From assembly GCF_001194135.2 (NCBI RefSeq), contig NC_068983.1, positions 124,224,137 through 124,281,394 of the forward strand: a stretch of 57,258 nucleotides of DNA. Reading direction: 5' to 3'. Positions 36,960-49,545 of the stretch are shown here, in pieces. Within the stretch, counting starts at the first letter, position 1. Each line of letters begins with the position of its first letter. The notes under the pieces are model-generated. The model did not search any database. It saw only the letters and a list, made by a program, of their open reading frames with translations, and was not told where the DNA came from. This stretch comes from Octopus bimaculoides. Lineage: Eukaryota. A program made the translations under genes and the position numbers.

Positions 36960-37109
36960 TATCAGTCATAGACAAATTGCGGTGTGCAGGACTTTTTGAA
37001 TTTGCACACTTAATGAAAAATATCTTAAAATATTTTAGTAGTGTAGCCAACCTGATGAAGAGTCATATCTCACGTGGGCTGCTTCTAGAAAAAAGGCTGC
37101 CCATGCCTG
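36960..37109 (-). mobile_element. Single hAT-like terminus
   Basis: The minus strand begins CAGGCATGGGCAGCC, and the flank TTCTATAT fits NNNTANNN. The other end was not found. Confidence 0.45.
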
Positions 37110-37209
37110 TTCTATATATTGTTAAGAGGGACTTCTACTGGCAATGTGCCCAACTTGTAGATGATGGTGAGCACCTAACGACATTCTACACATCAGGTGC
37201 TCATTCTAC

Positions 37210-37716
37210 TCATCTGGCTTTCTTGTTAATACATTTATAAGTGATGTGCCTTGTTTTTTTCTGTTTCTGGGGAAGTACGTTTAAGTCTGGCCTGAGTAAG
37301 AAGTGCTGTAGACTCAAGTTCAACTCTGTCGTCTTTAATAATTGAGTCCAGGTTTGCATTACAGTAACAAACGATGGGCATGATTTTGTGGTAACGGATG
37401 AATTGCTTGCTATTGTTGCTACGTTTGTTGTTGCTACGTTTGTTGTTGCTACGTTTGTTGTTGCTACGTTTGTTGTTGCTACGTTTGTTGTTGCTACGTT
37501 TGTTGTTGCTACGTTTGTTGTTGCTACGTTTGTTGTTGCTTCTGTTACAGTTGTTGTTATTGTTCTTGCTATTTTCTCATTGCGTTTTGTTGAGAATGGT
37601 AACCTTGGTTTTGTTGATTTTGTTGTCGTTGTCGGTTTTATTGTTGATCGTGTTGAAGCTTGGGGGGACACAGTGGAGCGTCTCTTTAGGCCCGGATTCA
37701 GTAAGTGACAAGTCAC
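37210..37716 (-). other. Thr/Ser-rich ORF with (TTNVA)x8; LINE ORF1 tail or mucin-like exon, unresolved
   Basis: ORF track gives 168 aa. The sequence flanking the repeat is also Thr/Ser/Lys-rich and stop-free. Confidence 0.35.
37415..37540. repeat. 15-bp minisatellite GTTGCTACGTTTGTT x8 (perfect)
   Basis: Eight identical units start at 37415, followed by a partial unit. Confidence 0.97.
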
Positions 37717-38392
37717 TTACTTGCAGGAGAGACAGCTGATTTGCCGAAAGTGATTGAGAGGGAATATAGATCTTCTATATCCAATACACCTCTATTTTAA
37801 AATAATTTAACCATGCTAGAAAATTAAACCAAAATAATCAGGAATTTTGCAACACGCATATAACCCGTTTGTTGAAATAGTTGCAACGACGATTATTTGA
37901 ACACGCGCTCTATCACATTCGAAAAACAAATGTAATAACTTTTGATGATTAATCGAAAAAGAGAAGAGAATTTTCGAAAAGACTTACCAGCATGAAACCA
38001 GCATGGATTCCATGTGAGTTGCCATTATTTTTTACATCATTTTGCCCAATTAAATAATTTTCCTTGCTGAATCCTTATAATTTTAGTTTTGTGTTGTAAC
38101 ACAGCTTCAATAAAAATAAAAACAAACACCCAAAACTGTCATTCCTCTGATCTAATTCGAGGACGTCACTGATTTTTAATTGCCACTTCATATGGCATAT
38201 ATTTTTTTATTGCAGGTTGTTTAGTTTTTAAAATGACGTTTAATGCTTGTTGGAAATCAATGGATGAATATAAGAAATGCGTATGGTTTGTCATTTGATG
38301 TTCAGTCTCAGCACTTGCATGTACACATGTAAGTTCACTTACAGTTTTGATGTCACGATGGGAATTTCCAGGCATTACAGACATTTTCAAGT

Positions 38393-38437
<45 letters not shown>

Positions 38438-38499
38438 NNNNNNNNNNTATATATATATAAATGTATGTATATTTTTTCAATGCGTACAATGTGGATTTG

Positions 38500-39250
38500 T
38501 ATTTAATAACTTATGGTTACGTAAACAAATGAATGATTTGTGAAAGGTTTTTGGTGTTTGGAAGATCTATCCTAATTCGGTGTGAATTTGTAATGGAATC
38601 GTATCTGGAATTTTTTTTGAAAATTCTTATCTATAGCTTCACAAAACTAATAAGGGAGGTAGGATTTGATCTGCTTATCAAATGGAATGATCAACCAAAT
38701 TGTTTTACTAGAACCCACTTAGTTATTTGAGTAATTATCTGGACTTTTTATTACTAGACTTTTTATTACGTATAAAAGGAAATAAAGAACGGTTATCTCC
38801 CTTACGCTGCAAAAATACATTTTTCGATTTATTGTTATTATTCGAACTAAAATTCATATTGTTATTACCGTTATAATGTGTTTTCATGTCCTGATTAATA
38901 GAGGCAGAATTAATGTCAATAGGGTTAATGTACGTAATTTTTTCTTTATAGCCTTCTTTAAGTAAGGCAGTTATAAAATTCTTGTAATAGTCTTCGGATG
39001 ATTACTGAAAAAGCTAACATATTTTAAATTTGTTGATGGTTTATGGTATTGGAAATATGAATCATTATATAAGTTAGGGGTAATATCTACAAAGTTGGCT
39101 TTAGTTATATCATCAAAAGTAGTATGATGCGTTACTATACTCGTCTCAAATTCTTTATATTTTGGGAAAGAATTATAAGAGTATTTATTAACTATGTAAC
39201 AATATTTATAAAAGTTATAAAGGAGCCGAACATTGCAACCTGCTGAAACA
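38500..39250 (-). mobile_element. Degenerate Penelope-like element: RT C-terminus and RT/GIY-YIG linker
   Basis: Reads KANFVDITPNLYNDSYFQYHKPSTNLKYVSFFSNHPKTI, then ALLKEGYKEKITY and IWLIIPFDKQIK..AIDKNF. This matches the PLE pattern NFLDvT.nl..KP..Y+..SNHP / IW.NPP. Confidence 0.75.
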
Positions 39251-41588
39251 ATTTCAAAATTGTTTACTTGTAACTGTATATATTCAAAATAGGACATAAT
39301 ATTAAAGGAGTTAGTTTCATCTTAATTGATGTTAAACAGCTAATATTGGCATCTTAATGTTGAGTATTGATTTTATTAATTTCCTGTTCTAACGAAAATA
39401 TAACTATATGAAACGAAGGAGGAAATGTCTAAATCATTTATCTTTTAGCTGTCATTCATCTGCTTCAGGTCAACAATAGATCTTTTCGCTGAAAATTTGA
39501 ATTAGGAATAATTAATATTTTCACAAACATAATTGATTCTTGGTGTGATGTGGAACGATGAAATATTTTTCGATCCTCATGATTCCTTTTTGCTCTTTTG
39601 TTTTTATTTTGTTCTTTCATAGTCTGATAATGTTTGCGCATATGTTCGTGGCTAAGGGGGTGCACTGGACGGCACTGACCCTCACTACTCAGTGGTGCAC
39701 CTGAGATTTACTCCAATTTAGTGACTCCACTTTAGCATTATTACAAGTTAGTGCCCTTCCAGAATATTCTAAAGCATCTCCAGGCACCAAAGTCTGATGA
39801 CAGGTCTGTTTGAGCAGCAGTACAACATTGCATCCCTCATAAAAAATTTTCACATCGGATTTCCCACCATTTTACATATAGCCTGCTATTGATTCATCAT
39901 TTGTAACGGCAATACCTCTCTGTGATTCGAATTTAGAATATAACTTCAACAAATCGCTAAAAATATCGAACTAAATCCAATTTTCTTTCTCTTCACCAAC
40001 ATCATACTCTTCGTCCGAATCATTCGCCTCCAAAAAAACACAATATTCAAATGTTACCAATATATCTTTTGTCTTTTACTTGTTTCAGACTACGGCCATG
40101 CTGGGAGTAAAATTAAAACGAATATTTAATTAAATCTAACTATATATAAAGCAAATATATGCACAGATATTTGTTTTATATAAAATAACAGCTAAAATAT
40201 TTAAACATCTGCCTTTATTCCATTATTTCTCATTGCAGTGGATTTTTTAAACTATAGTATTATATTCATAACTTAAATTTTCCGTTAATTTGCATAAAAC
40301 TGAACGATACAAATACGTTCATATACGATCTATATATATATATAGAAAAGATGAAACGAGATAAATTATTTGGTTAGGTAATAATCAATCTAATTAAATT
40401 GAAGGATGAAACTTATAAACCGAGAGTATTCTACGAGATGATAAATTGGAATATATTAAGAATAAATATACAAATCGTTGTTTCGAATCTCGCTGATCAC
40501 CGTGCAAATGACGATTTATTATCGGTTGGCAGATATCAGTATGGATCAATGAACAGCCTGTTCACTGAAATTATAACTTCTAGCTGATACAACATATCGA
40601 AACACCGGTGTACTAGAATCTTTTTCTTCAATGAATCGAGTGTGTTATGAACTCATAGGCGTCGTAAACGAAAAGCTGTTCTCTTGTGACAGTGATTAAC
40701 ATATTTGCGTTCGAATCTGCTGGAACGTATTAAGAATAAATATGCAAGTCGTCGTAAACTCAATGAATATATTCACAGTTATATTATGTAATAAGGGGTA
40801 AATTTCTTGGAAAAATAGTGTCGAAATCAAATGAAAGTGTACAGATGCGACACAAAACTTTTACGTGTGAGGCTCAGATTTATCTAAAAATTCGTGGTGT
40901 AGTAATATAACAATAATTACACGATAAGTGATTGGTAGCGCGAGAACTGAGAAAATTATAACGAAGTTGTTAAGAAAGAGATGTAGGTTAATGCACCACT
41001 AGTAAAAATGAAAGAAGGTGTTCATTCAGGAAACATTGAATAAGATTCATTTGTGATTGTATTGAATTCTGAGGAGATACTACTTTTATGACAAACATAG
41101 TAACATTTGTTATTGTTATCGCTTAGAAACTGAAGTTTAGCTTTTGATAAATATTTGTGAGAACAACTTCAACGACTTACATCGAGTTGATTTAAGTAGA
41201 TTCCATTACAGAAATTGTAATGAATATAATTTCAATGACAGATGCTGTCGTCAACACCTGCTTTAAGATGTATTAATTTCACTCATCATCACTTTATCTA
41301 CTATCATTTAAGATAGCATAATTTTATCAACTGTTATCTCTGTAGCCATCCAACAGAAAGTAATAAGAACTTCTTAGAACCTATACGATAATGAGTAATA
41401 ATAATCATAATCTTTTCCTTATTAACCACAAGGGTTCGAAGATGCATAAAAAATACGAAACTTTCACAAGAGGTTACAAAGAAATGAAAATGTGGAGTCT
41501 GAAAAACAGCGTTTAAAATTAGAAGGAAAGGGCGAGAGATATTATACGATATATGCAGAAGGATATATTATTATTATTATTATTATTA

Positions 41589-41648
<60 letters not shown>

Positions 41649-42474
41649 GTGATGAAAACTCACAGCTTATTTTGCTGGGAATGATAAAAGTGTCAGCTGT
41701 TCACAGCCAGTAGACTAAGGTGACACTTGCTTACTGGTCATGCTTCAAGAACCATGCGAAGAAATCTTGTAGTTCCAAGCAATACTGATTTTTGTAGGTG
41801 TTCTACCTTCACACTTGCACCAATCTTTTCCAGCCATTTTGGTAGCTGAGTGCTGATACTTCCAAGTACACCAATTGCTATTGGTATCACGTCTACTCCC
41901 CTCATTGACCACAACCTTCGTAATTCCTTCTTCAAATCGTCATAGCTGTTTATTTTTTCTTCTTCTTTCACATTGATCATGTTGTTACCAAGGCATGCTA
42001 TGTCGATTATCATTCATGTTCCTTCTTTTTTATTCACCACACCAATGTCCGGTTTCCGTTGTCTGGTCAGGTGACTGCACTGAATCATTGCATCCCACAA
42101 GATTTTGCAATCCTCATTCTCGGTGACTCCTTCAGGGGTTTACTCATATCACGTCTTTGCTCTTTGTAAGCCGTGATTTTCACAGCGCTCCCAATGGATC
42201 ATTCTTGTCACATTGTCATGACTTTTTTTTGTATTCGCGTTGTGCCAATTTAGAGCATTCGTTAACGATGTGCCATACCATTTCACTCCTCTCACCACAC
42301 GTTCTGCGTTTGTCGCTATCAGTAGTGTTGTCTATTCTGTACTTCAGATAGTTGTTCTTGAGCTGTGCACATGAGTACTTCTGTCTTTATCTTCAGGTCA
42401 CTCCTCCTGCTCCGTAGCCACCGGTCCTTTGTATTTGTCTTGGCGTTCACATGTTTTGCAAACTGACCGTAGTT
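41649..42474 (-). mobile_element. 5'-truncated R4/Dong-like LINE (CCHC and REL) embedded in (TAA)n
   Basis: Reads GQFAKHV..SDLKIKTEVLMCTAQEQ..WHIVNECSKLAQREYKK.HDNV..KILWD..KPDI..IIDIAC..VIPIAIGVLG..LQKSVLLGTTRFLRMVLEA. (TAA)n lies at about 41566-41648 and 42475-42590. Confidence 0.88.
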
Positions 42475-42487
42475 TATTATTATTATT

Positions 42488-42806
<319 letters not shown>

Positions 42807-43096
42807 CATTATTACTATTGAATGAGAGAGAAGCGCATAGCATGTAAGTAACTACTCGTCTTATAAGGGTATGCCAGGCATATGCAGCACAACCATATGT
42901 GCGCGACATGGTGGACCTTGCAGGTGGGACCCAGTTAGAATTTTCTTCAGCTCGAGTAGCTCATCCCGCACAAAAGGTCTCTGAATAAGGGCTGTTTAAG
43001 GATGTTGAACGAAACATCCACGTTTCCAGAGGTGAATTATTCAAACCTCAAAGAATTCCTCTCAACACATGGCTATGATGCTAATAATAATGATGC

Positions 43097-43184
<88 letters not shown>

Positions 43185-43385
43185 AACATCGAAAAAATAC
43201 CTTAGGAATGAGAACCCAAGTTCGAAATTTCTCCAAGACACCTGATGAAGGCTGGAGGGTATATCAGCCGAAACATTGTGTTAACAACAAGCAAGATGTG
43301 GACAAATATCCGTCAAATGTAAATAATGTAAATAATGTAAATAATGCAAATAATGTACATAATTCCTCATCTCTTAAATATAGAA
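43185..43385 (+). mobile_element. Penelope-like pLTR fragment
   Basis: Contains the hammerhead motif at 43237-43282 and a short (aaataatgt)n repeat, and follows an (AAT)n tract. Confidence 0.6.
43237..43282 (+). ncRNA. Minimal type I hammerhead ribozyme motif
   Basis: Reads GACAC-CTGATGA-A-GGCTG(GAGGGTATAT)CAGCC-GAAA-CATT-GTGTT. The CUGAUGA/GAAA core is intact and stems I and II are present, with a loopless stem III. Confidence 0.7.
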
Positions 43386-43748
43386 GAATTTTTCAAGTTT
43401 CATTCCAAAAGGAAACTAATGGTGGAGAGGGAAATGCTGCTTCACAGCAAATTTGTTGAAAGGTGATTGAAAGTGGCAAGAATTTTCCGTGATCTGAGTA
43501 TGCACCTGTAGAATGAGGGAGACACGGAGAGGAGGCTTGCTCTTGTGGTTAGAGTGACCATTGTTTTGTGGAGTTTCCGTGAGTAGCCCTAAGAGATTTC
43601 TCTTCTTTTAGAGAGAATTGATTCTTGTTGAAATCTTGTTTTCCTTTTCTGTTTTTTTTTTATTGTTTACATGTTTTTGTGTACCCCAAGTTGTACCGTT
43701 ATGTTTTGTCTCGGCCTTTTTGTGAACTCTTCATGGTTAATGAAGAAA
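43386..43748 (+). mobile_element. L1/Tx1 3' end fragment
   Basis: Reads EFFKFHSKRKLMVEREMLLHSKFVER*LKVARI, homologous to the C-terminus at about 36430-36510, followed by a T-rich UTR. Confidence 0.7.
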
Positions 43749-43772
43749 AAATTATTATCATCATTATTATTG

Positions 43773-45477
43773 ATTTGACTCAGGTTCAGTCTTATTCCTG
43801 GTAGGATTTATGTGGGTAACGGGTTACAATCAGTAACCTTAGGTATTCTTTAGCTTTCAATAATCTTTCAAGTGCTTAGAACCCTCCTGATAATCTTTCC
43901 TTTCTCTAAGAAGCAAACTTTCTGTAGAAGCTCTACAGGACATTCTATTCCAATCTCCTTCAACCATTTGTCTGTATCTTTGCGTACAGTTCCTAATGCA
44001 CCAAAATAGGCACAAAACGTCATATTCCAAATGTTTGCAATTTCATATTTTAAGGGATTGTATTCCTTTTTTCGCCTTCTTTCTTTACGGTCCTGGAATC
44101 AAACGTACATGATGGATCAATTAGTAAGCAACTTCGCGTTTCATTGTCTACTGTTGTTATATCTAGTCTATTATTTTCTAGCTTCTTGTCCGTTTGAATA
44201 GGAAAGTCCCACAAAAATCTTACATTTCTTCAACTCCCAAACTTTTTCGACCCGATGTTCATACCATGTGTCTCTAGCTTTAAATCCCCATTTCTGGCAA
44301 AGCTTCCAGTGTAAAACTTTTACAACTTTTACATGCCTTCATTTCTTATGTTCTCCCTGTGCCAACTTGGGACATTCTGCAGCAATGTGTGCCGCTGTCT
44401 CGTTCCAAGTTCTACGGACTCTACATTTTTCTGGCACATTCTCCCCATATACATATTTCCTCAAGTTGTTTGTTTTATCGCGTGTGATCCTGAGCTGCTA
44501 CAATTAGGATCTCTGTTTCCTTTTTAATTGACCTTTTTATTAACCAATCTCAGGATTTTGCTCCACATACACCTTCAGTGGCTTTCCAAAACTGACCATT
44601 GCAAAGGTTTCTCTTCAATCTGTCTAAAGTTCTCTCGTTGAATTTCTCCTATTCCACTCTTGATCACATGTTCCTTATTCACTGTCTTTAGTAATTTCTC
44701 TGTACTATTCTGTAAACAGACTAGTAAGCTTTTTCTTTCCATCTGTTCACACCCTTTCACAACAATTAAACCTCTTTCACCCTGATCTCTCTTCAAGTAC
44801 AGCCGGTTATTAGCTTTCAGATGGTAGGCTCTATACATTATCCACAGTTTTCTAGTTTTTCTGTCAGGTTTCCACATGTCGTTTTGGTCCAGTCTACAAT
44901 TCCAACTCTTTATCTGATTACGGGTACCGCTCTTGCATTTATTGCTTTAATAACGTTCTTTGCATTCAGCTTTGACTGCAATAATTTTCTCACTCTACTT
45001 GTATTTTCTCTATTGGCAATTTGCTTCATTTCTTCATGTTATATTTCATCTGTTTCTAGTATCCCCAAATACTGATACTACTGTCCTTCTTCAACCACTT
45101 TCATTGTTTGTCTATTTGGCATTTCAACACCCTGGCTTCCTTCAAATCTTCCTCGTTTCATTTTCAATATAGCGCACTTTTCAATCTCAAATTCCATACG
45201 TACTTCATTTGAGAAAATACGAATAGTACGTATAAGCCTTTTAAGCTCTTTCTAATTTTTCGCATAAATCTTTATATCATCCATAAAAAAATATGATTTA
45301 TCTGACCATATCCTTTTCCCAAATCGTAAGATATTTTAACTTTTTGCAATATCAAACTGAGCGGTATCATGACCAATATAAATAGTAATGGAGATAAGCT
45401 AGCACCTTGAAATATTCCACGTCTGATGTTCACTTTTCCAAATCTTTGTTTTCGTCCACTCAGTTCAGTATTCCATT
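43773..45477 (-). mobile_element. 5'-truncated R4/Dong-like LINE (RT C-half, CCHC, REL)
   Basis: Reads WNTELS..VNIRRGIFQGASLSPLLF..FMDDIKIYAK..NAKNVIKAINARAVPVIRY..DRKTRKL..RLYLKR..HIAAECPKLAQ..WDFPIQTDKKLENNRLDI..GALGTV. A TAA/TGA tail lies at about 43750-43772. Confidence 0.88.
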
Positions 45478-45524
45478 ACCATCATTGTCATCATTTGACG
45501 GTAGTGGATACATCAGACAAAAAT

Positions 45525-45700
45525 GCTCAGCGGTATTTCTTCTAGTTCTTTACTTTCTAAGTTCAAATGCCACCAAGGTCAACTTTCGAGGTCGATAAAT
45601 CTTTCGGGGTTGATAGTAAGTACCAGCTGAGAATTGGTAGTCAATATAATCAATTCCCCTTCCCCTCAAAATTGCTGGTTTTGTGTCTAAATTTGAAATA
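45525..45700 (+). mobile_element. Diverged SINE family C
   Basis: Contains aaatgctcagcggtatttc…aagttcaaatgccaccaaggtcaacttt…ctttcggggttgatagtaagtaccag. Confidence 0.65.
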
Positions 45701-46450
45701 ATTCTTATTTAGTAATGATTGACGTCATCTGAACATTGATCAATGGAAAATTCATTAGACTAAATAAGCATATGTCAAGAGATTTATCATTAGTTTGGAA
45801 TCTATTCATTAATGTTCTGTCCTCGAGAATAATTCCTGTTAAGGAATTATAATTCCTGTTAAGAGAATCATCTCATTACAACCCAATGCTTATTTAGAGA
45901 ATTCTAGTCAAGAACCCAAGAGGGAAGATATATATCGACAAAAGAAAAGAAAGTAGTTAGAAAAGAAGGTTGAGAAAAGAGAAAAAAGAACAGAGGACAA
46001 AATCACAAAGAAGAGCGCAAAAATAGCTATGAGATAAATAATACCGAACAATATCATTTCGATCATTATTTGAAAAAGGGTTGCACAGCTGACAGTAATG
46101 GAATTTAATTTATTTTCATTCTAAAACTCTTTCACTACGTTAAGAAGAAGGTTTCATTACTTTTCAACTGAATCATCTAGATGTGTAATGCATCAATGTA
46201 GACAAAAAAAGCTGAATGTATTACAAGGCTATTCGTGTTGAATTAAAGATATCTATTTACCAGTGCATTGAATAACAATGCAAAGACTGATACACGATCG
46301 ATCCGAGTATGATTATAGAAAATGTTTCATTTCTCATTCGTTTATGCCAGTGTGCACATTGCACAAGATGTGAGTGAGTTCATACGAATCTATCGAAAGT
46401 TTCATATCTACAGGCAGACATACATACCTATACATAAATACATTCATACA

Positions 46451-46482
<32 letters not shown>

Positions 46483-46573
46483 AATATATATGTATGCATA
46501 TATATCTATGTATACATATATGTGTATATCTATATATGTGTGTATATACATGTGTGTATATATATATATATGT

Positions 46574-46604
<31 letters not shown>

Positions 46605-46904
46605 CAAGGGGGTTAAAAATCCACGCAAATCAAAGGTTATAGGTAAAAAGTAAAGATCAACACAACCCGGAAGTATGCTTAAAGATTTTTTTTACTATTT
46701 TTTCCTTTAATCTGGTAGGATAACTATTTCTATATTTGTTACATTAACCGACTTTTATAAAATATTACCGGTTTCGATGTGTATCAAATACTAAAAATTC
46801 AAAGACCAGAATTAGAAAATAAGACAAGATTGGAAATTAAACACCTTGTTTTCAATTCTGTGCGTAGTTAAGAACATGTTTTATATACATACAACATATA
46901 TTCT

Positions 46905-47104
46905 TTTCCACTCTAAGCACAAGGCCAGAAATTTTGGGGGAGGGGGCCCGTCGATTAGATCGACCCCTGAACGCAACTGGTACTTAATTTATCTTCCCCG
47001 AAAGGTAAAGTCGACCTCATCGGAATTTGAACTCAGAACGTAAAGACAGACAAAATACCGCTAAGCATTTCGCCCGGTGTGCTAACGTTTCTGCTGGCTC
47101 CCAC
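46905..47104 (-). mobile_element. SINE family C
   Basis: Reverse complement of the family C head and body (…agaaacgttagcacaccgggcgaaatgcttagcggtatttt…). Confidence 0.85.
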
Positions 47105-47387
47105 TTTACATATAACATATATTATAATCAACTGAATAAAAACGCACAATGGATAAGTGTCAGCTCATTACAGCTGTTTCTTACGTAATTTTTGATGAAA
47201 AATGAAAGCATTACATCACTATAAAAGACCATAATTATCAGATAAGGACATAATTTTTACAGAATGAAGGAGTATCTCAGGAATGCAGCAAAGAGGCCGA
47301 CCTATGAAAAGGGAAATGACCAACAAAGTTATCCATCGTGTGTTTTTCTCAACCTAGAGAAACAGAAATTTAGGAGTAAGATCACCA

Positions 47388-47730
47388 TGGCAGCAGAAAG
47401 TTTTGCAAGGTTACATATCCCACAATCTAGAAGATACCAATGAAGTTGATAGAAAGTGTTGCCTCTCCTGGATTTATGAGAGATACATAACCTCCTCTCT
47501 CGAGAAATGAGCCTTCATTATTCAGAACCAAGAGATAGCTAATAAATACTTGATTAATAAAACATATAATGAATCCTCCAAACTTCTTAGTGATAAAAAA
47601 TATCGATTGTGCCAGACCAATGTGGGAGATATCACCCACATTATCAACAGCTGCTATAGACGTTCAGTAGGTACTATCTTCTCATGCGATATGATATTGC
47701 TAAAACTAATTACAGAGATATCCACAGGAT
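47388..47730 (+). mobile_element. R4/Dong-like LINE fragment (pre-CCHC and CCHC region)
   Basis: Reads WQQKVLQGYISHNL..VDRKCCLSWI..ITSSLEK*AFIIQNQEIANKYLI..KYRLCQTNVGDITHIINSC../MRYDIAK. Confidence 0.7.
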
Positions 47731-48619
47731 AGCATTTCAACTACATAAAATGAGGAATACTGTTAAAGCTTACCATTTTTAAAGCAGCAAACACAACAAA
47801 TCTGCTATTATGCTGTCAAGTTGATATGAATATCACGTCAAGATATTACATTGCTCCAAACTAATGCGGAATATGCAGTTTCTGGGATTTGGCTGTGTAC
47901 TATTATTTACGCTTATAATCAATGCATCATTGGGCAGTGGAACAAGAAATTTAGATTAAAGACTGGAAATCCTGGTGTTTTTCCAAAGAAAGAACAAAAC
48001 GTTCGCATTTTCCAAACAAAATCGAGGGGATTTGATTTGGATAATTTTTAAAATATTCTAATTATAGCCATCCGAACTTCCTGGAGATAGATTTTCATAC
48101 AACCACGTACGTGTACACGGCTTACACATATACGTATATAAAGAGTAATAAATGAGTAGTGAAAATATATCTACATACACCAACATACATATTCAAATCA
48201 AGTCACATACATATTCACACAACTCCCTGGAAGAATCTTGATTAAAGATAAACAAAATAAACAGATTTGTTACTTTGTGACTGGCTTGAATCCTGCTCAG
48301 AAACATTTAAACAGATATCAAACAAAAATGTATACATTGAGATAGAAACGATCATAAACACGCATAGTTCAATCTATGGTCAAGTTTCAACCATAAAGCG
48401 TCAGCTGTTTGGTCAAATGAATTACTTTTTCTTTGAATTAACCTTAAGTGACTAATCATTCCACGGACATGTGTACTCTTAATCGTAATTCTTAAGCAGA
48501 AACAGCGTGACGCTGTGTATACGATATACGTGAGTATGTGTCTGTGTGTGAGTGGGTGAGTGTGTGTGTGTGTGTGCGAAAAGGCTGTACTTTTGAGTTA
48601 AAAGTACTTTCCCGCCGAC

Positions 48620-48715
48620 TGCCTTCTATAAAGTTTCCGTCTACTCAATTTCACTCTCAACGTATGAGTCGACTCGAGGTTATAGAAAATGTTATTTGAC
48701 TAAGAGGCCGTGCAT
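48620..48715 (-). mobile_element. Diverged SINE family A fragment
   Basis: aagtttccgtctactcaatttcactctcaacgtatgagtcgactcgaggttatag parallels 3430-3490. Confidence 0.55.
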
Positions 48716-48806
48716 CTTGGGTAAATACATACATACATACATACATACATACATGCATACATACATACATACATACATACATGCATACATACATACATAC
48801 ATACAT

Positions 48807-48925
48807 ACAAAAATACCCTGTTGTTGATGTTGAAATTCCAATGAATTTGGAATTCTAACTTGGATCTAAGTTAGAAACCGGTTCTTTCTCTATTGGCAAG
48901 AAATCTTGAAATAAACTGAATAATG
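48807..48925. repeat. (CATA)n-flanked dispersed repeat, copy 2
   Basis: Aligns with 2341-2453 and is preceded by (TACA)n at 48725-48808. Confidence 0.85.
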
Positions 48926-48990
48926 ACATACATATATTTATGTATACATGGATGAAAGTGGATTCTCGGAGATAGAATGCAGCTCAGTTA

Positions 48991-49545
48991 CACTGGGTAA
49001 CACAAATTTTGCTTCTCTAAATGTTTTTAGTGTTTCTAAGATAATTTTTTCTCCTAATTTCAAAACTACCTTTGAAAATTACGTAGCATCGATATTTTAG
49101 GAGATAATTGCGGTTTTCTAGAGATTAAAACAAAATTTAGCTGAGATAGTACTTTATTCAACTTATTCACATTTATTCAACTTATTCACATTTATTCAAC
49201 TTATTCACATTTATTCAACTTATTCACATTTATTCAACTTATTCACATTAAATGGAACTAAATATGTTTTGTCCTAATAGTTATTTTCAAACTAATGAGA
49301 AATGTGAGCAAAACTATGATGAGATTATAAGAGTTTACTAGAAATGCACCGAAGATCGTGCTCTCCACCTGTGAGCTCCTATATCTGTATGCACCAATGA
49401 CCATATATAGTCCCCCATCATTGCAGTGTTCCATCTTCCTTGGTATCTTTTCTCCATTGTAGCGATATCCAAATGGAATATCTCACCATGCTCCTCACTT
49501 GGCCTAAGTTTTCACGAAAAAAGTCTTGGAGTCTTTGAAAAATGA
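48991..49545 (-). mobile_element. Chapaev3-like transposon 3' end (transposase C-terminus and probable terminus)
   Basis: 49499-49338 reads SEEHGEIFHLDIATMEKRYQGRWNTAMMGDYIWSLVHTDIGAHRWRARSSVHF*, with FRENLG upstream. A TTA|CACTGGGTAAC junction lies at 48988-48991. Confidence 0.78.
49153..49247. repeat. 19-bp minisatellite TTTATTCAACTTATTCACA x5 (perfect)
   Basis: Five identical units. Confidence 0.95.

Noticed and set aside
37045-37075. CTGATGA followed by a small hairpin (GAG-tcatat-CTC); another CTGATGA near 39795
   Set aside because: There is no downstream GAAA box or stem I, so these are not hammerheads.
37388-37739. Plus-strand ORFs (VVATF)n and (LLLLR)n
   Set aside because: These are antisense readings of the 15-bp minisatellite, which has no stop codons in those frames.
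39630-40050. GC-rich end (gtggctaagggggtgcac) and acidic coding-like stretch suggesting a DNA transposon remnant
   Set aside because: No paired TIR, TSD or diagnostic transposase motif was found.
42840-43080. GC-moderate segment ending in (AAT)n that looks like a known cephalopod repeat
   Set aside because: There is only one copy in the window and no diagnostic motif, so it cannot be classified from the sequence alone.
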